Position numbers and translations under genes: made by a program. A stretch of 64,000 nt of DNA from Yuukianura sp. NJ FZ-2021 (lineage: Eukaryota), in assembly GCA_046563655.1 (NCBI GenBank), contig CM102290.1:4650001-4714000 (forward strand). Reading direction: 5' to 3'. The notes beneath the pieces are model-generated. The model saw only the letters and a program-made list of their open reading frames with translations, was not told the DNA's origin and did not search any database. Shown here piece after piece: positions 1-12,200 of the stretch (position 1 is the first letter of the stretch; every line of letters begins with the position of its first letter).

Positions 1-521
1 CAAATTGATTTTCCCAGTGGTATTTGAGGCATTTCGTGGTTAGCACCGTTAAGAAAGGGAAAGTTAGTCTAAACTGTGCAGATATAGGTACTCATTTCCG
101 TCTTATTTTAGTTCTTCGAAAGAGGGCGAGCAGAACATACACATAAACATAGGGTAGGAACGGGTGACTTTCTATCTTAGTATGTATGTTCAAGTGTTGT
201 AAATTAGCCTGTAGGGTAGGTTGTTCGTAGCTGGATGAATTAGAATTTGAGGGTTAAATTGACTTCAGGGTCTTCTACTAACTATTGATGACTAGGCCTG
301 TCAACTAAAATTTTTACTAACCAGGAAATACTATACACGTCTCCTTACTTTAGTGACTTATAGGGAACGCAACCAAAATATTTTCAGTCATAGTATCTTT
401 TTTTTTCAGTGAGAATTTATGTAATAGTGAATTGTGAAGTGGTGGTGCGAAGGGGAATTACTTGTAAAATTTATTTTTTCTCAGGAGAGAGGGGGACGAC
501 ACCGTGATTTTTTGTTCATAG

Positions 522-757
522 TTCCGGCGGAAGTGCACAACTGGAATACCCGGATTCGGAGAAGAGTCACATGTGGAAGGTATAATGCTTTCTGACAACC
601 TTACAAAAATGCATGGTCAGATTCAGGACTAACGGGACTTTATTTTTTCATTTTAGGACTTGAAAGCTGCAGCAGAACAAGACGACGAAGAAGAAGAAAT
701 CTCATCAATGGAAAGGCATCAGACTCATTCGTTTTCAGTGATCCGAAAAATGTGTTG
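522..757 (+). CDS. Probable last two coding exons of an unknown upstream gene
   Basis: Acceptor ttcatag at 521, donor AAG|gtataa at 580 and acceptor ttttag at 657 give an open spliced frame SGGSAQLEYPDSEKSHMWK|DLKAAAEQDDEEEEISSMERHQTHSFSVIRKMC*. No homology recognised. Confidence 0.35.
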
Positions 758-1042
758 AAGCAAACGTCAAACCCGCAATCCAGAACACGACATGATCTGC
801 ATTAGCCCATGAATTGTTCAGCGAGTCAAGGCGCTGCTGCTTAAATATACAACAAGTGGAAAATCAATTGAATGATTTGTATAGAAGTGTTCCGCGTAGT
901 TGGAAGTAATCGAATCTCCGATACGGCCTGCAAACACGTTGCTCTACATCTCTCGGCAATTCTGAATCTCGTTCTCTGCGAACTGTGACGTGTCAACTAT
1001 TTATTATACAACATAAAATATTCTAAATTGGAATCTCAAAAT

Positions 1043-4000
1043 ATGTCCCTACAATTGCCACGTTTTGTCAAAAAGAATAGTTTGGAAATTGAAAGAGAAA
1101 CTTTCGAAAAAACTCAGGTATGTCGAAACTACCATTGTACAAATATTTTTTAACAAGACGTATCATCAACATTAATCTTTAACGAGGATTAGACTTAGGG
1201 TAATAATAGAAGTCAACTGGGATAACTTTTCTGTGATTGTCAATATTATCTGTTTTATTTACCAGCCGTTAATGACACTTCAAGTGAGTGCGCTAACCTA
1301 GGACATTCGCAGATTCTATTCTAGATTTATGATTGTTTTTTTTTAATACGCCCTAGGTTGTATTGGTTTTACGCGCGCAATTTTTTTATTTTCGTGTGTT
1401 AACTTGTCAGTTTAGTGTAAATGCCGTCTTTATCATAGCCTTTCCAGGTAATGGCAGCGCGCAGTAAATTGATTTGGCTTTCTGTGAAATCCTAAACGCC
1501 TTAGGTCAATATTTGCCATTTTCTGTTTTTTGTGGAGTTTTATTATTTCCTCCAGAGTTTTATTGATTGACCTCAGCTTTTAACGTTGCTCACTCCTTTG
1601 AGTCAGAAAACAGATGAGAAGTCATGACGTGACATAATTCGTGAAGCAAATCGGATGAATCACAAAAACTTAACAACTTTTAGCACTCGCAGCAAAATTC
1701 AAAGTGTTGAGCTTAACTCAGTTTTTCCAGTTCGTAATGCCCATTTTTTTCTCGATGTGTTTATGAAATTTAATACGCAGAGTTGGTGTTGCTTTCGTTA
1801 AGGGAAAATAGTGTTAGAATAAGAATGAAAACTGAATTTGAGCTTAGGTTGCAAAGATGCGAATTTATGCTATTCCGAAATTTTCCAGCGTCTCATTGAT
1901 CAGATTCCAAAAGCATAATGAGAGTTGGTAAATTCGGGTATTGATGCTACTAGTCGTTCCAACTAGAATTTTTCTTATTAACGTCCAAAAATGTTTATGC
2001 TCTGCCGTGACTAATGAAATTGTCTAAAAAATTAAAGTGGAAAGCACGATTTCAGAATAAGTGGAGAGAAAATTAAAGCACTGAGATTGTTTAGCCAGTG
2101 AAAATAACAAAGTCGAAATCCCCGATAACACTTTATCTGAATCCGATATTGACGCAATTGTTCTAGAATAGATTGCTTCCTTTTCGTTGGCTGACGGCTG
2201 GAAGATTATATCATTTAAAAAACTGAATTGGAATCGTCCATTGTGCTTTATTGTGTTGTTGATTGAAGTTCTACAGGCGCTCAGTTTGTGTTCAACTGAA
2301 TTTATTCTGAACATTGTTTAGAGCAATCCGGAAACAGTAGGTTTCACATCCTAAAAATAACTTTAAAAGTCAGCTCGACCTCTAAGAACCTGTGTATAGG
2401 TTGCGTTTAACCTTTGAACTCTTCTGTTGGATTTGTTGTGATTGAATGCTATTAAAATACTAGTAATGGAAGCTAAACAACCTCAGGTTGTACAGTCGCA
2501 TCGGGCGACAGCAGAGGGCCGAATGTCCAGTTTCATTAAGAAGGAGGACTGTCCACCCGTATTGTGGGTAATTACTGGAAATATTAACTGCAATCCTATT
2601 GTTTCCTGTTTTAAATATACTACGTTCGCATTAAATTGTTTGGCATGCGTTACGCAGGGTTCTTGTCAGAGTACGCTGAAATTGAATTTTAATATGAGCC
2701 TTGATCAGTGACACGAAATTTACGAATTATGAAAGAGTTTCTTTTAACAATGACTTTTGAAAAATGGAACTGAAAAAGTTAAACTGAAAGAGTAAAAAAT
2801 GTCAATTTCATAGCTATTGTACAGAAAGTATTTTTTTTATTCCAGGCTACCAGCTTGTCGAAAGCTATCAACTCGCAGGAAAATGCTGTAAAGGAGAAAC
2901 ATATTCGCAGTGAGTATAAAGTGTCAATTAACATGAAAGGCGTTAATTGCAATTTGAAAGTCTGTGACAAAATGATCTTGTGAACTTTTAAACTATGTCA
3001 TTTTAGGTGCAATTATTGGAACATATCAAGAGAGAGGTGCTCAGACGTTTTGGGAATGCGTTCATCGAATTCCACTAAAAGAAAACCCAATTCTCTGTTG
3101 GAAGTTTTGTCATGTACTGCACAAGGTGAATAACCTCATCTTACTTTTACACTTTTCGTTTAAAATGGTGTGAGGTGTTAATGATTATTGTCTAGATTTG
3201 GTCACTGTTTTCTTTGCCAACATACAGGAAGGAATACAAATCTCAAGTTAATTAGCACAAGTCAAACTGTGACTTTGTTGTGACGCATTTTGTTAAGGAT
3301 GTACTACACTCAGCATGTTTTTCTTGATGATGTAACTTCCTTGAAGGAAGAGACTTTCAATGATTATTTTATTAGCTTGAGGTTAACCATGTCTTCGTTT
3401 CAAATATTTACCAATGAGATGTAAGAGTAAAGTTGGCCTTGACTAATTGTAAAAAACGAGAAGCGTCCTACATATGTACTAATATCCTCAGATCTCTAAT
3501 TCCTGATACTGCTTGTTATATTTCTCGTTAATTTTTGCAGGTATTACGGGAAGGGCATGAGAGGGTGTTACGAGATTCTCAAAGATATAAGCCTCTGCTT
3601 AATGAGCATGGGCGATTCTGGGTGAGTAATTTTCAAAGAATTGTTTCCACGGTGTTTGCTTTAGTAAGCTCGGTTTGAATGAGACCGTGAAATGAATCTT
3701 AAAGTGTCTCTACCTACTAATAATATGTACAATGAATTTTGACTAATTTTTCAGAGTCACCTAAAGACTGGCGGTTATGGGGATTTAGTTTTCCTATACT
3801 GCACTCTCCTTTCTACCAAACTGAATTTCCATATGAAGAATTCAAAAATTCCAGGAGATCTAAATGTGGATGAGCGTGTCCTAATAGCTAGTACCGGAGG
3901 AAGTGAAGATGCACTGTGAGAATGCTAGTATTTTTTTAAATTGAAAAATTTCAAGGCTGACGGCAAAATTTTTATTGACGGTTTTCCTACAATTTCAGAT

Positions 4001-7000
4001 TTTCACTCGCAATTGAAATGTTTGACTACTTGGACTGTATCGTGGACCTGCAGAGCCACAGTAAGTGGCAAATTTTCGTTATGCTTATTTTGCAAAGAAA
4101 TTCTGTGTTGCAATGTGATTTTTTTGTGATAGTTTTTAAAACGATCGAGTCCTCAAAGCAGTCTTCAATGACCAATGCCGGACAGTGCAGACTGAAGCCG
4201 CTGATTCCTTGTATCCAAGACGCCATGCTTCTTTACGACTATGTCACAAAAATTATGTTCCACTTGCACGAAAGTATGTCCAACGTTAACATTTGACTCT
4301 TGAGATGTTCAGCGCCTTACTAACGAAATGCTCATTTTACTTAGAATTGTCACCCGACCTACTAAATGGGCACAGAGACCGGTTCCTAAAAATTTTCAAA
4401 GGTCTCCAAAAATTCTACGAAAAAACGATGAGCCTTCAGTATTTTAAAAATTTGTTAGAAATCCAAAACCTACCGAAGGTAATGTAACTCTATGATTGTT
4501 TCGATACTTAACAAGCAATTTTTCATCCATATTTCCATATTTTAAAAAAAATCTTGTTTTTTGAAAATGTTTTTCAGTATCCTCCAAATTTTTTGGTCCA
4601 GTCCGAACTACAAAATTACCAGCCCACGAGAGTCACAGTTCTCAATGACACAGCAGATCAACCGGACTCAATTTCTGAACACTTAGTGTCCATAGATGAC
4701 ACAACCAGTACAAATGGATCCAGTCCAGTCCCCGATGCTGGTGTGATGGCACTCTACATGGAGAAGTCAGTTCTGCATAGGTTGAATTTTCCACTAATTG
4801 AATCATATTTTACATTGACTAATTCGAAATTTTTAGGGATCGGCAAGTGAAGGACCTGGAGTATCAGGTAGAGGGCTTGAAATTGGAATTGGAACGACTC
4901 AAAATGCAAGCGAAGACTCAATTTCAACAAATGCAGTTTGAAATTGCTGAGTTGAAACAGGAGTTACTCCTGAAGGTGAGCATTTTCCAGTGTTTGAATG
5001 CGTTAGTTTGAGTTATTTGCGAATATAATTTTCTAGACACAACAATTGGCTGAGAAGGAGGATCAAGTAAAGAAATTGGAAGAGCACGAGTGCAAAATTC
5101 CTCCCGAATTGGTTGATCGATTGGAGAAAAGTGAAGGTATTACGCTCGTTTGCCTTGCTTACTTCGTCCGATTTTACTGTTAGTTGAAAGATATAATTGA
5201 TCTGTGTTAGCCTTAGTGAAGGCCACGGAGGACAAGTTTTTAAAGATGAAGGATTTGTATTCAAAACTTAGCGGTGAACATGTAGCACTGTTGAGGAAGG
5301 TAAACATTCTCTAATTTGTTTAAGTTGTTTTTTTTGCAAACATTATGTTTGTGTTTAATTTTATAGAATGCTGGTGCCGAAAAGGAGTTGATGGAAACCA
5401 AGAAGGCTATGAACAATCAGTCCGAGTTAGGGATCCAGTTGGAGGTAAAGATTAATTAACTTTATAACATTTTACATCACTTTTACCTTCTTCTCATTGC
5501 TAATTTCAAAGGAACTGAGCAGAGAAAACGCGGTTCTAGCGGAAACGTTGCAGTCTAAAATTGACGAAAGTAAAAAGGAGTATAATGAACTGAACGAGAT
5601 CATACATACACTAAAATCCCAACTGCAGGTACATAACAACTTTCTATTCGCCGAAAATTTCAAAATCTATCAAACATCATCAATATTGTTTTATTCGATG
5701 AATTTCGTTTAGGATGTGGAAAATCAGAAATCGATGTTACAGAGCACGCTGATTACTCAAGTTGAGAGCAAAGGGAAAGAATGTCATTCTCTACAAGAGC
5801 AAATCGTCAAGCTAAAATCTCAAGTACAAGTATGTGGTCCCTGCTTACGAATTTGAAGGTTCGGTACACTCATTATTGAACGTTTCTTTTGGGTTTTAGA
5901 GTGTAGAAAGTTCAAAGGCGTTGCAGGAACATGACCTCAAGTCTTCAATGGCGTTGGTAACTGATGAGCTGGAATCGCTTAAAGTATCAAAGACTTTTGT
6001 GGAAGAAAGCAACAACGTGAGGCCTTCAAATTCTTGGTCAATGTCTGTTTCTTGTTGTTAAGTTCAAAACTGGTCGTAGGCACTGAAAGGGAAGCTGAAC
6101 GACTCTGAACACAGAATTCTGGAACTAACTAAACGGTTAGATGAAACAGAATCGAGTCGCGACAATCTAACCATGCGTGTTAACAACTTATCCCAACAAC
6201 TCGAGAATTTGCTAGCTGACGAGCTGAGAAATGCCAACTTTCTTTTGGGTATATTTCAACTTAATATTTTTTTTTCAAACAAAAAGCAGTGTAGTACTAG
6301 CAAACATCGTTTTTTCAATAGATCAACAACTTTCTAAAGTGTCCTCAATAATCAAGAGAGAAGTAGAAGACTTGGAGAATCCGAGAGTCGGTCCAGAACC
6401 AGGCTTGAGGGATTTCTTTATGTTCCATTGCGAACAGTTTGAAGATACCATTAGAGCCTTGAGTGACACAACAGGAAAAGGATTTGACAGTCCAGTGTCT
6501 CTCAATAACATTGTTGACCAAATCCAAGAATTTGGACACAAAGTTTACTTTCTGTTGACGTATGGTGGACCCCTTAGCCGAAGTGGGAGTGACATACAAA
6601 AAGGAGACCGTGAGATCCCTTCTTCATTAGCAATTGCCACTTTACATGTAAATTGACTTTTTTTTGTCTGTCTCTTCCAGTATTCCTGATACACGTAAAA
6701 GATTTTGGTGGATCGACGTTGGACTTACTCAATCTCATCAAAGGGAGAAACAGTGTGACGGTAAAAACTTAAATTCCAATTATTGCTGTTGGAGTTACGC
6801 TTTGTATGCTATCTGAAATTATTGAATTGTTTCCTAGCTCGTGGCCGGTTTTGAAATGTTAAGGACTTCATGGAAAAAGCTGTTTGAGATGGGAAAAAGT
6901 CTTGGGTTGTCGTTGTCGCCTGAAGCAGACGCAGCGGAAATACTGGATTCAGAGCTTCATGCAATGGAACAAGCTATTGAGGATGCGGCAAGAAAAATGG

Positions 7001-7874
7001 CAGAAATGCTTAGCAAATCTAGAGCCTCTCACACCGGAGTTAAGTTGGAAGTTAATGAGAAATTGATCGACTCTTGCGCATCTTTAATGGAAGCCATTAG
7101 GCTTCTAGTACAGAGGTCGAAGGGTTTACAGCTAGAAATTGTGGCTCAGGGAAGGGTAAGTCAACTCAAGGGTAAAAAGAAAAGATTTACAAATTGTTCA
7201 CGTTTTTGTGCTTATAATTGTTTGCATTGCAATCAGGGAACGGCTTCTGCGAAAGAATTCTACAAAAGGAACAATCAGTGGACGGAAGGGCTAATTTCTG
7301 CAGCGAAGGCGGTGGGCATTGGTGCTAAGCTCCTTTTGTAAGAAAATTTAGTATAAAAATTAGTATACTTTTTTGCGTCTATATACTGATTTGTTGTTTT
7401 ATGTTGTTGCAGAGAAAGTGCTGATAAGGCAGTAACCAGCAAAGACGGAAGCTTTGAATACTTGATTGCTTCCTCTCAAGAAATCGCTGCCAGTACAATT
7501 CAGTTGGTCGTTGCCAGTCAAGTTAGAGCTGATCGTAGTTCCACTAACTTGTCACTTGTAAAGCAAGCTTCTACTGGAGTCAAAACGGCTACAGCAAACG
7601 TTGTAGCAACTGCTAAAGACTGTGCCCAACTAATTGAGGAATCCGGTAACTTAGACAAATTCTTTACCCAGTTTAAGTGGTACGGTTTTCATTATTTTTT
7701 TAAATTGTGTTTTCTGTAGATGAAATCGACATGACCAAATTGTCGCCTCATCAGTCCAAGAGACTAGAACTGGAATTATTAGCGGAAATGCTCCGACAAG
7801 AGGCGGGTTTAGAGAAATCTCGTCGGAAACTGTCGTCATTGCGTCAACATAACTATCATAATACTGAAGGCTAA
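1043..7874 (+). CDS. Hip1: Huntingtin-interacting protein 1 / HIP1R (ANTH, coiled coil, I/LWEQ talin-like domain); multi-exon
   Basis: Exon 1 (1043-1117) MSLQLPRFVKKNSLEIERETFEKTQ; exon 2 ATSLSKAINSQENAVKEKHIR; exon 3 AIIGTYQERGAQTFW...CWKFCHVLHK (ANTH). C-terminal EFYKRNNQWTEGLISAAKAVG and IASSQEIAASTIQLVVASQVRA (I/LWEQ). Stop TAA at 7872-7874. GT-AG introns at the junctions checked. Confidence 0.95.
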
Positions 7875-8437
7875 GCCACGCTTTTTAACTTTTTATTTGG
7901 GACTTTTTACAAATCGAGCTTTCTTTTGATTACTTTATACTTTCTGCTACCTTCGTCTTTGCATGTTTGCTCCTTGTTTTTAACTTACCAGGTTGCTTAA
8001 TTATAATCAAACTGGTCAAATGAAGTAGATTTTAATCGTACTATTTTCAACATTTTAAAATGAATTTGAAATCGTGTTTTCTAACTCCAGCTTAATGCTA
8101 CTATAACTTCAATGTGCTCGCTATTTAAAGTTCGAACAGAATGATTTTAATCGTCTTTTTTCGCACTTACGTTAAGGTAACCTTGATCAAGTTGAATATC
8201 ATTTCTCTTAATTCCTATTTGCAAAGGATCATTAAAAGTTAATCGTAGCAATTTTTGTGCAATTCTGGTGTTTATTTAGAATTGCTGGGCCGGAGAAGAC
8301 ACCAAACAATTTTGCAATTTTGAGCAATATGGAGCTATTCTACGTTTCTACCTCAAGAAATTCTGATTAAATTTTGACTCAATTCAAGGCTTGAAATCTT
8401 GTTCTACTCTTCACTTTGATCAAAATTTGGACTGGAT

Positions 8438-9267
8438 TCATTGTTCCGGGACTCCTTCTTTTTTTCCAGTGGTTGTGGCCTTGTCAAATTGAGGAGGCTC
8501 TGGAGTCACCACAGGTTCGGCGACATCAGCGACATTGTTGTTCCCTTCGCCATGACTTTCGTGCTGGACAGGATCCTGGACTTCATCGGCATATTCGGCC
8601 TCGATGAAAAGGAAAGGTGGCTCACTGGGTTCTTCCGGAGTTGGCACGGCAGCGGTTGGTACGAGAACTGTTGGTTCGACCACCACAAGCTCCATGTCAA
8701 ACAGATCCTGCCAATCTCGAGTGAAGTGCCACTCACTTGTGTCCTATAACGAACCAAAACCATGCTTAATAACAGTTTCAATATGTTTAAATGTCAATAC
8801 AAGAGTTAACCAATAGTTGTCATGCCTTCCGAAAGAGGTACACACAACTTCCGCGTGCAGTAGGCAAGCTTTGCTGTTGCTGATCAGTTCCTGTTGGTAC
8901 TTCGTAGTCATCGGCCTCTCCCATGATTGGTTCTTGAACGTCGTTTGGCTCCAGTTCCAGAACACGATGGTGCCCGGCAATGGTGAGGCCATCGCCACTC
9001 AGTTCTACACGCGAAATGTTTCTGGGCACTAAAACGTCAATGCAGAATTTTTGTTTGTACGATTATGAGCAAAGAGATTATGAGTTGTAGTCGTAAGAAG
9101 TTACGGCCAATCATGCGGTGGTACAGGTCAAGGCAAGACGAGCAGTTCCGAACCATAGGGATCAAGTCAGAGTCCGTTTCACGGGCATTGGGTCCAGAAG
9201 ATGCTCCGTCCGTGTTGAAGTGGCGTCGAGGACGTCGGGTTTCGCTGAGACTGCGGTAGGGAGCCAT
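8438..9267 (-). CDS. Uncharacterised multi-exon protein with an acidic, Pro/Glu-rich C-terminus
   Basis: Three minus-strand ORFs (9267-9037, 9029-8820, 8695-8438) can be joined in consistent phase (GGC C|gtaact...ttttag|TG CCC; ttatag|GAC ACA). GC content is above the flanks. A possible further exon lies at ~9340-9425. Confidence 0.5.
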
Positions 9268-12200
9268 TTGTATCCAGTCAACTACGTGGTGTCCTGCTCA
9301 ATTGAGAAATCAAACGAATTGGCGACTTAGGATGGACTCAGTGCCTTCTCCTGGAGAACGACTGGAGAGGGATGTTGCCTCTTCAAATGCAAATCCACGA
9401 CTGCGGGGTCACTGAACTTTCCTCCTGAGTTGAAAAGAAGAGGTCAATAACTTGGATTTAGATAGATCAACATGAGCAAATCAACTGTTGCCATGACAAT
9501 TTGCAACACACAATATGTGAAACGCTTTTTGTGAGTCATTTTTTAAAAGTTAGCGTCCCTTAACTGTGCACCATAGATTCCCATTCTCTTCAACTTCAAA
9601 AGTTTTAAAAACTTGAAAATTTAACTTTAAAATGAAAAAGTTTTGAATTTTGTGACAGAAAAATGAGTCCAGCGACTTTTCAAAAGTTTACCAAACGCAG
9701 GAGTGTTATTTTCTGAAAAAAAAATCTTCGCAACAAATTCGGCGAAATGATGTCTTCCAATGTTTAAAAAATTTAACGCACTATCAAAGTATTCTCGACC
9801 AATTTTGTACAAAATGCACATGATTTTTTTTTGTTTGACAATTTGACGAAACCTTAAAAGTGCGTTTTTTGAAATGAATGCTGAACCATATTACTTGAAA
9901 TGTTGAAAATGGAATGTTACTTGGCCGCATACCTGGACCGATGGAGCCACTGAAGTTGCTGCAAACAGGTAAATTTCTCAATCTCCAAAAGACTGACACG
10001 CGAATTTGTCCGTTTGTGAACTGAAGAAAAGTGGAGTAAAACTGATTACGTTTGAATAGTTAAGTTTTTAAGGTCCCATGGAAACTAATTTCAAATTTGA
10101 ATGGATGTCGAGACCTCATGTTCCGCGAACTCGGGCTTTCTTTTTAGTTTCTTTTAATAGTAATGCTGACTGGCCAACTACGTTTTTTTAATTCTTCTTT
10201 TTAAATAGACTTTGCAACTTTTAAAGTAGCAAAGCGGCGTATGGAGTTAACTCGCTAATTTGGGCTTGTCACACTGCAACAAAGAAGAAAAAGTAGAGAA
10301 AGGGTAACCGCGGTGAAAGTTTGGTAAAGAAAAGTGTGAAAAGCAGAACGAAACAGCTTTTTAGAAAATACAAAATAGAGCCAATCATCCTAATAGCCAA
10401 GATGGGATCAGACCCATGGAAATTGAAATGGAAACTATTCAAAAAGTTCAAGAGTTTTTCAAAGACCAAAAAACTTGAAAAAAGAAACAAATGCTAACTT
10501 TTCCTCAACGCTTCAACACTTTCAGCTTTCGACTCTCCAAAAATTTATGCTTCAACGACCAAGTCTTCATTTTCTAAAAAGTCAAAGTAGAGAAGCCTAA
10601 CATAAAAGCCAAAAAAGCTAAAAGTTTAAAAACATGTCCCAGACTCATAGAAGATCATTTCAAGAGTGTCATCTAAGCTCTCCTGGGAAAGTTTTCAAGT
10701 TGTTGATCTCCGAAAAACTTACAGTTAACTTTGTAATTTTTACTTTTCCAAAGTCGAAAATTATTCATTAACCAACTTTTCTTGATTTTGAAGTTGTTTC
10801 AACTTATGGAGAGCAGGGTTTGTGTATGTGGAAAAGGGCCCTCTCCCTTTGAAGGGCCACATATCCTTCTAATGGACAAGAACCCTCAAGGGAGTGTGAA
10901 TTATTTTGTGAAAGTGGAAATTGAGTCTCTAGGTTCCTAAAGTTCTGTTCAAGGGCCTCTTGCTACAACCGGAACCTAAGTTAAGTTGGAGGGACTTTCA
11001 TTGTCAGTTTTTGTGATCCCTTAAGCATTACGAAGTAGCAAGTAGGTTCTACCTAATTTACTTCATTGGGGGTCCCTTACTTACTTATTTCAGTGGCAAT
11101 GAAAGGACACTTGGAATGGAAATGAGGATCTGGATCAAATAGTTTTTCTACTTTTCTCAAGTGAGGACCATTGTTGTGGAATTGGAAATTGAAATTGTTA
11201 TGTAACTCTCTTCAAGTAGTCTATACTTTTCAAGTGTTCAATTTTTTTTGCTGTCAACTAAACTACACTTAATACAACTTGAAATTTGGAACACTTCGAA
11301 ATTCATTTCTGTATCCAATTCCAATGCCAAAAAAATTCAGTCCAGAAAAACAATCCTAATGATGCCCTGGGAAATGTTGAGTTTTCTGAAATTCCTTTCT
11401 GTTGTACATAACGATTTTTTATACTCTTAAACTCTTAGACTTTAGAAAAAGTGTTCTTGACCTATCTCAACTATTTGGAATCAAGTGATCGAAATTAGAT
11501 TCTTAGCTTTATTTACTACAATTGGGAATGGTAAGCTCGACTGTAAACATTTTGTTTGGAATGTCGCTGAAAATCGAAACAATTGATTTCAGGGCCACAC
11601 TGTTGTTATGTCCAACCACTACTGACAAATTGTATTTCTGAAGAATCTTTGTTGCCGATGATGAGGTACAGTCTTAAGTAGTCGTGTCGAACATGGAGAT
11701 TAGTAACAATTGAGTTGTTTGAAAAGAACGAGTCAAACAACGTATGAAAGTAACAGGATTAGGAGCTTAGAGGTCCCAAAGAAGCTTAAGGTTAGGTCTC
11801 TTCAATCCCAAATGTTCATCTCGTGTCAATCATCTCACAATCTGTTTGTACAAAGGAACATGTACCGCCAATGGACCCAAGATCCAGAAAAATGAAGATG
11901 CAAACTCCGTCTTAGCCAAGATCATTGTGCACCTTTGGTATTGTTCCGCCTGTACCTTGCTTCAAGCGTCTCATTTAAGATATTTAGTAGCATCTTTCCG
12001 TTGTTGGTTAAGATGTCAGAGGGTGAGTGAGCTCATTGGATTGAATTGTTGGAAAATTCATTGTTGTAATCCGCCCAACTACTCACTGAACCAACAAACG
12101 CTGAACAAGTACTTTACTCAATACGTCATGCCTACAACTTATTTAAGTATTAGTGTACAGAAGTAAAGGACGGGTTGTATCTTTTCTCTGCCAGCTCAGT

